The notes beneath the pieces are model-generated. The model did not search any database and was not told the origin of the DNA. It saw only the letters and a list, made by a program, of their open reading frames with translations. From Vezdaea acicularis (taxonomy: Eukaryota), in NCBI GenBank assembly GCA_026025075.1, contig JAPEUI010000052.1:1-64000 (forward strand): a stretch of 64,000 nt of DNA, given 5' to 3'. Below, piece after piece: positions 13,818-27,048 of this stretch. Position 1 is the stretch's first letter. Each line of letters starts with the position of its first letter. The position numbers and the translations under genes were made by a program.

Positions 13818-14627
13818 AGAAATGGGTAAGCACCACGGGTGGAAGAGAACATGGTCTGAAAATCCCGAGAAGTTTTCTTCAGCAGATCTTCTAGGCCTCT
13901 CGACTGCCCTGGGTCACTTTTCATGTACATAGTCATTGATATCAGCTAGACTCCCCTACCAGCTTGCGCCACTCGTTGAAATTCCTCCTTGCCTCCAGGT
14001 GCCACCCCTTTCTATTCCATGCGCACACACCCCGCGAAACCCGCACTTCCCACCTGTCGCCGCATCCCCAGCTCGTAGCCCAAAGCTTCCCCCCGCCTAT
14101 CACCGGATAAATGCATAAACCCGGGTCGATTGTGAATCCTCCAACTAACGACGTTGCGTGGCGGCGCGGCACATGGCTGTTTGCACCATTTTGCTTTGCT
14201 CCTCCGGTCGTTCCCCGATGGAGGACGGTGGGAAATGGAGAGGACGCTTTTGATTTGATTCGTCCCTCGTGAAATCCCGCCGTATGCAGAGCTGTCACCG
14301 TGTTGTTACCCCGTCTTGCCCGTATACCCCGCGATCGCGTTTCACGTATTCTCTCTCTTCCTCACTCTCTCGGGCGCGGGCGCATGCGCGTATATGCGCG
14401 TAACCTTCTGTCTACACCACAGCACATCTTTCAGGGACCCGATGACAGGAAAAGGGAGACGGGCTGGGTCTTCGAACTCGATAATAGTTCTCGGCTGGTG
14501 CTGGCGCTGAGTGCTGCTTGTGCCTTGTGCTGGTAAGAAGCCCTGTCGCAGAATGTCTGGCTCTGCGCTATTACCTCTAACCCCCGCAAGCTGGTTTATG
14601 AAGACGACTAAGTAGAGGATAATAGCC

Positions 14628-14650
14628 ATCTATCGATCTATCGATCTATC
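14628..14650. repeat. (ATCTATCG)x~3 short tandem repeat (GATAGATC on the minus strand)
   Basis: ATCTATCGATCTATCGATCTATC read directly. Confidence 0.7.
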
Positions 14651-15672
14651 TGCCAAGTCGCTCCTAGCTCTCATGCTTGTTTTTCCCGGGCGGCCCCGTA
14701 TTGCGTGGTGCCTGGTTGGATTTGGGATTTTCATCGACTATTCCCTATTCTGCCGATTGGAGGAAGAGAAATCTTTCCCCTGCAGCGAGCGTGCATGACT
14801 CGCATGAGCCCACGCTTCTTTCGGGAACGAACCCATCAACTGGCTGGCAGAGAGAGAAACCTGTCCCGCTGCCGCTGTCTCCAACACCACCAACACCACC
14901 GTCACCACCAGCGCTGCCGCCTCCGCCGCCACGGTAGCGGATCGTGAGACTGACTATGCGCACGTCTGTCATTCGTTTGGGGGGGCGATGGTGGGTGCTC
15001 ATGACGTGCGACCCCCTTCCTCTCCCCCGCGGCAGCTAGAACTCCGCTACCATGGTTCGTGGGAGTCACATATCCTTCCCCCGCCCCGCAGGAAGGATGC
15101 GATATGTCTGTGCGAAGTTTTGCGTTGCGGCCTATGCGTGGATCAGGGGTGCGAGTGGGGATGCAGAGAGCGGCCGCGAATAAATAATTATGCGTCTCTC
15201 ACCCTATACTTTACCTATTTCTCTTTCCTTCCCTTTCTTTTTGCTTGAAGCTTGATATTTCTTCGGCACGGCGACTTCTTCTATTCATACCTGTTTGGTG
15301 GCTATCGTTTTTCTTTCTCTCATCTGGTTGTCGCTGTTCGCAAGTGCTGGAATAATCGAGAGCCGTGGGAGAAAAATGACCTGTGTTGTGTTTGCGGATT
15401 AACATATGACGGTGACGACGACCGCATAGCGACGATTGTTTGCGATCAACACAGCCTCCGCCGAGACCTGCGCTTTACACACACGATTTGGTTATGACTA
15501 GCAAACCAAAATTTATCCTTTCTTTTATTCAGTAAATCCAGGTCGATAACTCCTCTCTCTACCATTTCATCCTCAAGCAACTCGTATTCGTACAAGATAC
15601 GCAGCTCAGGGCCTGCTACTTCCCATATCGAGTCAACAGCAACTTTGAAAACATCTTACGATATCTGCAGCT

Positions 15673-16793
15673 ATGGCTTCTTGCAAGCCCAGCATCCAGT
15701 CTCTACAGGATTTCCATCCCCATTACTCGCCTGTCACCGAACAGCAATGGATCGTTGCTATCCAGCATATGAAGGGCCTCTACTTCACAAGACAACACAA
15801 GCAATGCGCCGCATCCTGTACCGCTCTTCTCTCCACCGCAAAAGCAGTACGCCGCCCCCATCCCCAAGATCCCCTTTAGTGCTCTACTAACACTCGTCAC
15901 AGCCCCACCCCGTCTACACCCTCCACTTGACCTATCACCTCGCCCTCTCAATAGAGCTCCACGCCCTATCCATGCCCCTCCTCTCCACACAACGTACCAC
16001 CCTCCTCTCCACAGCCAAAGAGCACTACCAAACCTGTCAATCCCTTCTCTCCACCTGCCAACAAACTCACCCCTCCACTCTACGTATCCCCTCAAACGAC
16101 AGCACCACTTCCAGCGCTACCACCTCCCCACTGTACTCACCAACGACGAGTCCACGTACCGTCTCCCCCAGCAGCTCCATCAGCTCACTCAACTCCATCT
16201 CCGAGCCCCTCTCCCCCACAAGCACGAGCCCACACACAAAACACCTCCGGGGCATCAGCATTGACCCACTCAAGCCCTCTCCGCTCAAAATCCGCAAAAC
16301 CGTTCGCTTCGCCGACACTTCGTCCCCTAGCACCTACCACAGCGATATAGAAAGCAGCGCCTCACCGTCGCCGCACGACGACCGCCCTTCAACACCCACC
16401 CACCAACGAACCAGCACCCCCGACAGCCCCTCCTCCTCCTCTCCCTCCCCAGGCAAATCCACTCAAACATGGCTCCACCTCCGCTCCCTCGCGCGCTTCA
16501 CTGCCCTCCTCTCCAGCCTATCCGCCGATCTCGACGACCACCTTGCCTCCATCGACAAACTCTCCATCGCGGCCGAGCGCGCCAAGACGAATCGCGCGTT
16601 GGTCGGGCTTGGAGCCGAGGCTGGTGAGCGCCCCGAGGGCTTTGGCCGCGTCAATGGGATTGGAGATGAGGATGTAAGGAAAGTGGAGATTCGGGCGCGG
16701 ATTGAGCGTGGGCGCAGAGAGGGATGGGCACGCAAGAGATGGGATGGACGGAGGTGTGAAGGCGTTAGGCGGAGGGCGGTGCATGAGTTGTGA
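15673..16793 (+). CDS. Hypothetical protein with a Ser/Pro/Thr-rich middle, one intron
   Basis: Exon 1 MASCK...HKQCAASC, GTACGC...CTAAC...CAG intron, exon 2 ending RIERGRREGWARKRWDGRRCEGVRRRAVHEL, a C-terminal pattern I associate with Pezizomycotina hypotheticals. Confidence 0.65.
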
Positions 16794-17235
16794 GGCTCCT
16801 GGCGTCTGGATTTCTCTAGGAAAAAGGGGGTGTGGGTGTATCATGCATAATTTAAGACCTGCAAACAGGGAATGTCTGGCTTTAGATCTGGGGTTGGAGC
16901 AGAGCGGCGTTCAGTCTGGCGTCTCGGCGCTTTATCTGGAAAATGGAGAGGAGGCCTCTGTTTTTCTCTCTATCACTTTTAATCGGTCTCTGGGGAGGAG
17001 ACGGGGGTGCAGAGATGATTCTCGTACCTCCCCCCTTCCCTTGTCTATAGGAAATACACGAACTCCAAAACCATCTCATACAGAAGTGGGAGACGAAGGG
17101 GGGAAAGGGCTGTGATGAGCAAGCTGGAATTGGGTATCAGGGCGGAGAGAGAGAGAAATCAGCCACGAGATTCAATTCTAAACAAACCCACCCCCCCCAC
17201 CCCCCTTGTCTCCCTTCACCCCACCCCCACTACCC

Positions 17236-17550
17236 CTATTTACCCCCCCTCCCCCTCTCCTCCCTCTCCCGCCTCTCCCGTTCCCTCCACTCCCTCTCCT
17301 CCCTCTCCCTTCTCCTCTCCCTCTCCAGCTCCCACTCCCTCTCCCTCTTCACCGCCTCATCATCCCTCTTCTTCAGATCCGACACCCTATACTCACAGCC
17401 CGGACACGACCCCTGAATATCCACCGGCTCTCGCACCGAGGTCTGGCAAGCGGGTATACTTCCATCGCGCATCTTTGGTTGGCAGAAGACCCAGTGGTGT
17501 CCGTAGGTGTGCCCGCAGAGTAGGAAGTGTTTGAATACGGTTTTGCACAT
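17236..17550 (-). CDS. Met-Cys Cys-rich microprotein A (104 aa, Glu/Arg-rich tail)
   Basis: MC-x9-CGH-x8-C-x11-C-x13-CPGC; TATATAA about 70 bp upstream on the minus strand; spacing shared with paralogues. Confidence 0.75.
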   Translation of the reverse strand: MCKTVFKHFLLCGHTYGHHWVFCQPKMRDGSIPACQTSVREPVDIQGSCPGCEYRVSDLKKRDDEAVKREREWELERERRREREEREWRERERREREERGRGGK

Positions 17551-17960
17551 TGTGGGGTGGGGTGGGATGAGGTCGGGTGGTTTGGTTCGGTTTTAGGGGA
17601 AAGGCGTGCTGAGTTGTTATATAGGAGGAAAGTGAGTCAGTGGGATTGTTTGCGTGTGTTGCTGGCGGGGAAGGAGGGGGGGCCGCGTGCTTGGATGGCG
17701 GCTGGATGGCAAGGAGAGGTCAGCTGAAGCGAGTGCGAGGTGACGGGATAGTCCAGGGGAGGTGAGTTGGAAGCGAGTGTGAAGTAGTTGACACCAAAAG
17801 CACAGAATGAGAGCCGTCATCAGGTTGCAACCAGTCCACCCAATCTCACATTGCCACCGTTCATTCCCAACTGGCAATACCCTACCTAATGCAAACCCCT
17901 TCTATTTCAAACGCCAAACCTCCTATTGTCCAAACATCCCCACTCCTTTCCGCAACCTCC

Positions 17961-18188
17961 TTATTCTCGTCTCGGCGTCCTCGCTTCATTCTGCCCTTGA
18001 CCCCTCCTCCTCTCATGTCTTGGGTGACATCCTGCAGAGCAATATCCCGTGACGATGGTGCCGACCTCGTAGACGGGTACCATGCAGGGTGGCTCGATGC
18101 CCGCTTCGATGGCCCCGCGGCAATACTCCCACCGCGGCGAGGTGTAGTGGCCACATGTTGTGTAGTAGGTGCGGAGGATTTTGCACAT
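17961..18188 (-). CDS. Met-Cys Cys-rich microprotein B (75 aa)
   Basis: MC-x9-CGH-x8-C-x11-C-x14-CSAGC; AAAATG context; tandem with A. Confidence 0.75.
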   Translation of the reverse strand: MCKILRTYYTTCGHYTSPRWEYCRGAIEAGIEPPCMVPVYEVGTIVTGYCSAGCHPRHERRRGQGQNEARTPRRE

Positions 18189-19402
18189 TTTTGGAAAAGC
18201 TGGTGGTAATTTATTTGGGACTGGAGGCTGAATATTTGGAGAGTGTCAGGGAAATGAGGGAGATTCAGGAGAAAGCCAGGAGCGTGGTTCAACGATTATA
18301 AAAGATGTCCCCGAAGAAGGACTGACGGATGAATGAATGACGGTATTGCTGGCTTTACTGGCGGTGATGGTTTCAGTGGATTGAGTCAGCGTGATTGTGT
18401 TTGTGCTGAAGATGGTGAAGAAAATTGCTCAGCTGTTGTATGTGTTGGTACCTTTAGAGCACTAACCTTGGACGTGTTAGGGTCTGGACTTTGTTGTTCA
18501 CTATGGGTGAATTTGCTTGGTAACCATACTTAATCAAATCTGTCAATGAAGTCATCTCATTACACTGACAACTATGTGAATACGCCCATGATAATTGAGT
18601 ACCCCCGAGGGCTGTGGAGATCGTGATTTCCAGGATCTGGTGTTCTGTCCTAATAGCCATATTGTACAAGAGCTTGGAGGGTCGTGTGGGATATGAAGCC
18701 CAGGGAGCGCCCATCCGTTGGACTGTGCAGGGTGGTTTTGGTGAAGGGGCGAGAGAGAGTGGAGAAGATAAAGGAAAAGGTTAAGATGAGACATGGGGAA
18801 AGGAACGAAATGAGGCAGATAGGGCCCGGCGTAAGGGCGTATTGGTAATGCGGGAAAAGATTCGATATACTGCCTGTCAAGCCAGCAATGGACCTGCTGA
18901 GAAGTGATAACAGAAAATTTTCGCCAGGAGAGTTTAGAAATATGGGCATGAACCGTATCATCACCACATGAAGGTACTACAAGCAGCTCTTGCATACTGA
19001 GGGCAGACGAATAGCCTTTCTATATGGAATATAGAAGGATTCATCCTAGTGCGAGATTTCTCATGATAGACTAAGGAACAACTGATTCTGCGTAAGAATC
19101 TTGCCGGCGTGTACAGAACAAAACAACTCTGTATGCGACCCACAGTGGAATGCTAAGAATGCTCATTCACTTCTTGCAAAAGGAAAGTGAAAGGAGCACT
19201 CGTGTCAAGCCGAGCTTACCAGAGAGACACAACAAGGCCACATAGACTCCAGTAGCGCCGCGCTCCTTCGCCCCTTACATCCGCCCTAAAACTTCTCATC
19301 TACAGCTTTCTTTGCAGAACTCATCAATATGATACCGCATGCGCTCATATGCCCCTATCAGCGCATCCTTTACTCCCCTTTATGATGAACCGAAAAGTCT
19401 CC

Positions 19403-19956
19403 TCAAACCGTATTGTCATCGTAGTAAAAGCTTATGTCTCGTGGCCTCAGCGTGTTTCGTCGAACAAAGTCCTCGTCGCCAGGCGGTCGTTCCTTTTTCG
19501 TGTTGCCCGTCAACATGCTTTGAATGCTCATGCATATGCTCTCGACGTTCTGCACGGGACTCCATCCCTGAGCTCCAAGTAGATCGAGGCAGATGATGCC
19601 ATTCGAGTATATGTGGGGATGGATTGGTATTGGGCGAACCGGATCGGTTGATGAGGCAAATGTTACTTCGGGGGCTTCTGTAGAGAGTGTTAGTGACTCT
19701 GTTGGCGCAGCCTCAAAGTTTGTGGATACAAGGCTTGTTAAGAGCAGGAATCAGGATTACACATACCAATAGGGTAAGAAGAAGAGAACTTGAACTTCAG
19801 GCGGTACTCTTCGTTCGCGTAGATTGGATTTCCATCTAACACTTTGATATCCATATACCAGGTCTCTAGATCATCCGCCAGCGCGATGCTGATTCCAGGC
19901 GGAAGATGGTCGTGCATCTTGGAGAGCTCTTTTGCGAGCCTTTTGCTGGCGAACAT
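19403..19956 (-). CDS. UBE2W: Ubiquitin-conjugating enzyme E2, UBE2W-like, one intron
   Basis: MFASKRLAKEL...FKFSSSYPI|EAPEVTF...PIHPHIYSNGIICLDLL..GWSPVQNVESICMSIQSML...FYYDDNTV*; HPH in place of HPN is typical of UBE2W. Confidence 0.85.
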
Positions 19957-20968
19957 GATGGCTAAGTTGTTTGGTGAAGAAGGGTTCCCAATATGTAGCT
20001 AGAACGGTCTATCAGGAGAAGTTGAGGGTTACGGGAATGTCGTGACTTGGGTGGATCACACCCTTGTGATATGCTTTTGCAATTTGAGATTGAGTCACAC
20101 CACCAAGAACAAATGGCGACAAGCAAGACTGACCAGATCTTGAACGCCTGATATATTCGACGGGCCGTTCAAAGCGGGTGCAACCGGGGCGCTTTTACTG
20201 ACGGTGGTTGCCTTGCGGCTAAGATGACTCCAATTCACGGAATTTAGCGGCTTTGGTGGATGCCTGTGATGCCTGAGGTGCTTGAGCCCAAGGTACTAAG
20301 AGTCTAAAGTCTTATAACATTGAAATATATCTAAACATAATTCTTAAGCCTGAGATCTAGAGTGCAAGGCGATTCCATAAGATTGAGGAGGCTCATGAGG
20401 TTCTAGAAGCTGCAGTGGTGTGCTCTCCGCGCGTCAAACAGCAATCTCTTGGGTCCGTCCCAGCCTGCACCTCGTCTGCGGCAGGTGTAGCCGGCGGTAC
20501 CGCGGGGCTGAGTATGCCTTGCGATTGCCAAGCCTAGCTCCCCAAAGGTTTCAGCTTTCCCACAGCTATATCTACGATACCTTGAATATCTTCTGCCAGG
20601 AGGCTTAATCTAAAAGATCATCCAGCTGTGTTGGAATTTAAGTGATAACTCTGATTGCCGCTTTCTTCGGTTGCGTCTGTTGGAGACTCATGAGAGGTCG
20701 AGGAGGCACGAAAGTCTATTCCAATCAGCGCTTACGGTCAACGCATTTGTTGTACACGAGCGGGCATTGCTTGCCAACAACCCCTTTCTTGAAACTTCTT
20801 CCCACGTCCCAATTGACTTGTTCCCATATCTGGCTTTTCTTGCTTAGGAGAGCCTGTAAGGCTGGTCCGCATCTGGAAGCATAGGGTATAAGAGGCAGCC
20901 TTTCCCTCCCCAGTTCCCCCCCACATACTTCTTTGCCCAGAGGCCCTTCCGTACTGGATAAGGCCAAC

Positions 20969-22644
<1,676 letters not shown>

Positions 22645-23566
22645 TCGTATTGAAAGAGATGCGATGAGACACATGAACAAGGGCGAGTAGTTTCAGCTTC
22701 CTTCCCAGGAAGCTGGCAATGGCGTTTGTAAGGCATGAGCGAAATGGCACTTGGCACCAGGTTTCTTTCATCCCCATACCTCCTATCCATCGGTAGCATG
22801 GTTCATCCATATGACGAGAAATAAACGGCATAAACCCTTTAGGCTTGCATCTTGCTTGGAAGCCCCGTGTTTACCATATTTTGTGCAGTATGTTCATTCT
22901 ACGAACATGCCTATACATGACGTTTATTGAATGTGCTTGTGGTAATCTCTATGAGACCGCCCACTTTCTTCTCTCTTCTTTGTGGCCTGTGGTACTTTAC
23001 TTTTCTTATATCATCGAGTGAGAACTTTATAAGTTTCCACCCCTGAGGCCTTCATGAGTCCAGCGCACCCTATGCCCGTGGCGTTGGTAAAAGGCTCGTA
23101 CGATTTCCAATCGATCTCGACACCTCTGGCTGGAGCTGGACGAGTAGCTTGTTTGTGAATACCATCGACAAAGTCTCTTTGAATTCTTGTCGCTGTGAAA
23201 GAAGATAAGAGATCTAAGATTCGGGCAAATACAAGAGAAATGCAGAAGGGAAGGATTCTATGCTGCGGTCAGCGGATCCAATCATCATTGTTGAGGGTAC
23301 TCCGGAGAATCACTCCCTTTAGTAACGATTTTGAACGTTCTGATGGTAAAAAGGTATTACGTCTATATGAAGGCATTGTAGGCTCTGAAAATTGAAAGAG
23401 GTAGACGGCCCATAGCTTCCGAGTCCGACACGTTATGGCAGCCAGGAACTTGACAGCCCGGGCGGCCTCACACAAAGCGACAAAGACTCATTTGGAATGC
23501 AGCTAAGGCAAAATTATCTGAAAATGCAATAGGAGACTCATTAAAAGAATAGGAAAGAACCGCAGG

Positions 23567-23577
23567 GGAATCGAACC
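23567..23577 (-). promoter_or_regulatory. Isolated RNA Pol III B-box-like motif GGTTCGATTCC (no complete tRNA)
   Basis: Plus strand GGAATCGAACC; a flanking AACCGC/GCGGTT pair encloses only about 40 nt and there is no clear D-arm. Confidence 0.3.
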
Positions 23578-23988
23578 TTCACGTTGCTTTTGATCAGCCG
23601 AAAGCGGTTAGGAGCTCGAAGTCACTCTACCTCCATGTGTTTGCCGACAACCCTCGTCTCCGCTTCAGTCCTCTCCCTTCTCACGGCACAAAAGACAGGA
23701 TATCGCTATTGAAGATGTGCAATAAGGGACAAGAAGATTTGCAAAAAGGAGCTTTCAGCTCTGACCGTTCCTAATTGATCAATCCGTATGAGACATCAGC
23801 CCGTAGACGCGTGCTTAGGATATGGCACTCGCTCAACTGGCCATCGGTGTGGGGAGAAGGTGGACGGGTCAAGGGCACCAGATACAAAGTATCTAAGACA
23901 TGCCCAAGTCGCCACTCGATCAAGAACCCATCGTGATATTAGGAAACGGCCCGCTTCCCCAACTACGACACAGGGACTGAAAACTGAG

Positions 23989-24696
23989 CTAGTACTTTCC
24001 GCCACAAAAATGGCATATATACCCCACCACTGCGTCTTGCTCCATTTGGCTACTCGTGCATTCAACGGAGGGCAATAGATGCACCTGCACTAGTTCTTCA
24101 AAACAACTACGATCATGCGACGCATTGTTCAGACAATTGATATGCGTACACACTGCACTGAACACTGCCGTGTCTTGCATATGCAGCTCTATCAATTGCG
24201 GGCGCACGCAAAGCATTCTCGATGAGTTGCAGCTTACCTGTGACTGCGGTGAGTGCTGCAGTTGCGCGAAGTCCAGCCGCTCAACAGAGCTCTTTACATT
24301 ATCTGCATCGTCGACAAGACACGACTGGATTCCTGTAAAGGTGACGGATGACGAAGTCCACTTCTTCAGCTCGAGAAGATCCGCCTTGTCGTCTTCGTGG
24401 CGCACTTCCAGAGCAATTTCCCCAGGTGTTCCTGCACGAGTGAGGGATCTGAATGACACGAGGAGAATGCGGGTGCTATTAGTATTGCGTTGGTGGGCAT
24501 CGGTATCAAACTCCATTCCCATACAAATCGAGCCCTTCAAAGCTAATACCCGTTCCAAAGAGGCGGAACTAAGGCTGACTTCTCTCATGTGCTGCATAAT
24601 ACGTATAGTTTGGCCATTGCTGCTGCACCTGGGACTCAGGGGATTATTTCTGTGCAAGCAGGCTTGAGAGACAACCATATCTAGGATGCGCTTCAA
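23989..24696 (-). CDS. Orphan ORF or gene relic (235 codons), no recognised domain
   Basis: Long open frame ending GYICHFCGGKY; overlapped by an antisense ORF, so strand and reality are uncertain. Confidence 0.25.
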   Translation of the reverse strand: MKRILDMVVSQACLHRNNPLSPRCSSNGQTIRIMQHMREVSLSSASLERVLALKGSICMGMEFDTDAHQRNTNSTRILLVSFRSLTRAGTPGEIALEVRHEDDKADLLELKKWTSSSVTFTGIQSCLVDDADNVKSSVERLDFAQLQHSPQSQVSCNSSRMLCVRPQLIELHMQDTAVFSAVCTHINCLNNASHDRSCFEELVQVHLLPSVECTSSQMEQDAVVGYICHFCGGKY

Positions 24697-25135
24697 GCAA
24701 GATATGGCGGAGTGGATTGACTCTAGAGAACGAGACGTGCCAGAGCATTATTTGCGCCGGAAGGGATGGTTACCATAAGGTGTATGATCGCATATAACGT
24801 CGGATGATCCCTGAAGGACAGTTGAGGGAAACAATGCTGTAGGTCTTAGGGATCTCTTTATCTCATTACGATAAGCTGCTCTTTGTTAGCATTGCACATA
24901 GCATGCGAACAAGTCAACTCCCTTGTCTACGTCCTGATCATGCATTGTTCACGCCGAATCGCTTGGGTATAAGTAACCACCCCTTTTCTAATACTGCCCT
25001 CCCATACGCAAACTATTCCTTAAGCAACCGCAATTGCTAAGCAAAGATACTTCCATAAGATTCAATCGCGAATATCCAAGAAAACATACGACGAAAACAT
25101 ACGCCAACAATATACGCAAACAATATACACCGACA

Positions 25136-25312
25136 ATGTGTCAAATACTCATGCACATGTTTTCTTGCGGCTGCGTCGGTGATTCTATTTACGTTGCATG
25201 CTATAATGCTATGAAGACTGGAAAGTATTGCCCGAAAGAGCAGTGTCAAGATGTCCTTGGTCATATCGATCTCCCCTGCGACGGGATAATGTGCAGACCG
25301 CCTAGAAAATAG
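25136..25312 (+). CDS. Met-Cys Cys-rich microprotein C (58 aa)
   Basis: ATG at 25136 (ACAATG) inside the listed ORF 25034; MC-x8-CGC-x8-C-x9-C-x15-CDGIMC; A/C-rich leader; TATAAG near 24968. Confidence 0.72.
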   Translation: MCQILMHMFSCGCVGDSIYVACYNAMKTGKYCPKEQCQDVLGHIDLPCDGIMCRPPRK

Positions 25313-26648
25313 GAGTACAGTGTCCTTGAAGAGTTGGGAAGAAGCAGTCAAGTGAGCGCAAAGGCTTTGAATGGTAAAGATCAGGATAGAATTATATGGG
25401 GGAAATTAAAATCAAGAGGGTCATCAGGTTCCTTTAGCTGAGTCAATGAATACCTTTATGGCTCGGTATCCCTTTGTCTCGTGCTGCTGCTGATTCTTTG
25501 TGTCTTCTCTCAGAACTTTTGAATGCTTAGCCTCTAAGTCTATGTGCTTGTCGATGAATTTTTTGTGAATCGAAAGCCAGCCAAGCTTTCTAGCTCATCG
25601 TGTGTTCCTCGTCTCATGATATTATGGTCCAAGGTCTCCCTAAACTTAATCCCTAACTAGTGTGCAACTGGCGAGAACTCTGCTGAAGCCACATACACTT
25701 AGAACAGACTTTGTACAAAAATAGTGGAACTAACCTGCGCGCTTCTACACTCATTTATTTCGCCTCTAAAGGCGCTCAAGTTCGCTTGGTTTGGAGTTGG
25801 CGAGCAGGCCCAAGGGCTTTTCTCTCGCCATGCTCGATTTTTTTAGCACCGGTAATAGCAAGAGCAGATCAATTCGCAAGATCAACGCATAAATCATCCG
25901 AATCACTGATTTTCCCTAGATTCATAACCTGCCTCTATACAATTGCTGGGCGCCCCCTAGAACATTGCTAGACTTTGTGGCCGGCCATAAGAGGTCTCTT
26001 TAAATCCTAGGACTCGATTCGTTGTCCATCACGAGCCAGCCCATGAAATCGGTCCTAATACGCCTACGCGGAACACGAGAAAAATCTCCAAAAAAAGCCA
26101 TTGAAAGACCGCTGGCAAACTTCTCACTAGCCTCCGAACCACGACCCATGGAGCCAGCATACACTTGAGTGTGATCATACCGGCCAGGCTCACGGATCGA
26201 CGTTATCGAAGGAATCACCCAAGGCCAGCCCTCGTAGGAAAGTGGAACGCGCAAGGGTTTCAGGGAGAGCATCCACGCGGGATATTGATCTAACAGTCGA
26301 GGAGATAAAGTTCGTTTCTTGTAATGATGCGACACTCTCTACCCTCAACTGGGACCAGAGTAGCCTGTATCAAGTTGCAGAAATTCTCTATGATATAAGA
26401 TCGATCAACGAAAGGCGTGATCGTCTTCGCCCGAGGATCACCGATTCATCTAATGTTCCTTTGGCAAAGTTTGTCAGACATGCACTGAGAATTTCCTAAT
26501 TCTGATCGTAGAACAGCGATGTTTTGCGTACCCATCACTCTGTAATTGAGAGAGTCTCTTCTCATTTCTCTATCTGCTGCTTGGGACTTATACTAGATCT
26601 TCCACCTGTCTAGCTTCATGTCTCCATAAGAAGTTTAATCCTTTTCGT

Positions 26649-27048
26649 TCAACCCATGGCGAAACTTTGGGCCCATGAAAACCAGCTCCCAGCAGGAACT
26701 ACGGCGCCAAACTGTCTTGACTGAGTTGCTGCCGCCCAAGACCCTAGATCATTCAATCTATCAGCTATTCGATTCAATAAATGCAGCAATTCATATTGCC
26801 ATACCGCTAGATACACCTCCAAGGTGAAATCCAAGAAGGCTTAGCAAAATTCTCAGTAAGATACTTGAGAACGCCACAAGCGCGATTATGACAACAACGG
26901 AGAGAACTAGCATGGGGGCTTCAGCGATCAGGTCGACCGCAGAGTTGGTGATAGTACTAAAGACATTGAGGACGGCGCTCACGCCTTTTAGGACGGCTTT
27001 GCCGATCGTTTTTGTGATTTCGACCGTTTTGGAGACGAAGGAGCCCAT
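26649..27048 (-). CDS. ISG12/IFI6/IFI27-like small hydrophobic membrane protein (about 112 aa, intron 26804-26744)
   Basis: Splicing G|GTATGG...GCTGAT...TAG|GG joins two ORFs into LLGFHLGGVSSGSWAAATQSRQFGAVVPAGSWFSWAQSFAMG*; upstream TM segment; TATAAAA near 27091-27097 on minus. Confidence 0.75.

Noticed and set aside
20290..20410. AT/TpA-rich patch as a RIP-degraded transposon
   Set aside because: Too short, with no terminal repeats or coding relic; compatible with a nucleosome-depleted divergent promoter
23555..23612. Selenocysteine or opal-suppressor tRNA (TCA at the loop centre)
   Set aside because: Only a 3-bp stem, no D-arm or long variable arm, far too short; kept only as a B-box observation
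24056..24667. Cys-rich plus-strand ORF (CDCGECCSC) as a metallothionein-like protein
   Set aside because: Non-ATG start, and it reads like the antisense shadow of the overlapping minus ORF
26000..26499. Short ORFs on both strands
   Set aside because: Interrupted frames and no motifs; possibly a relic but not supportable
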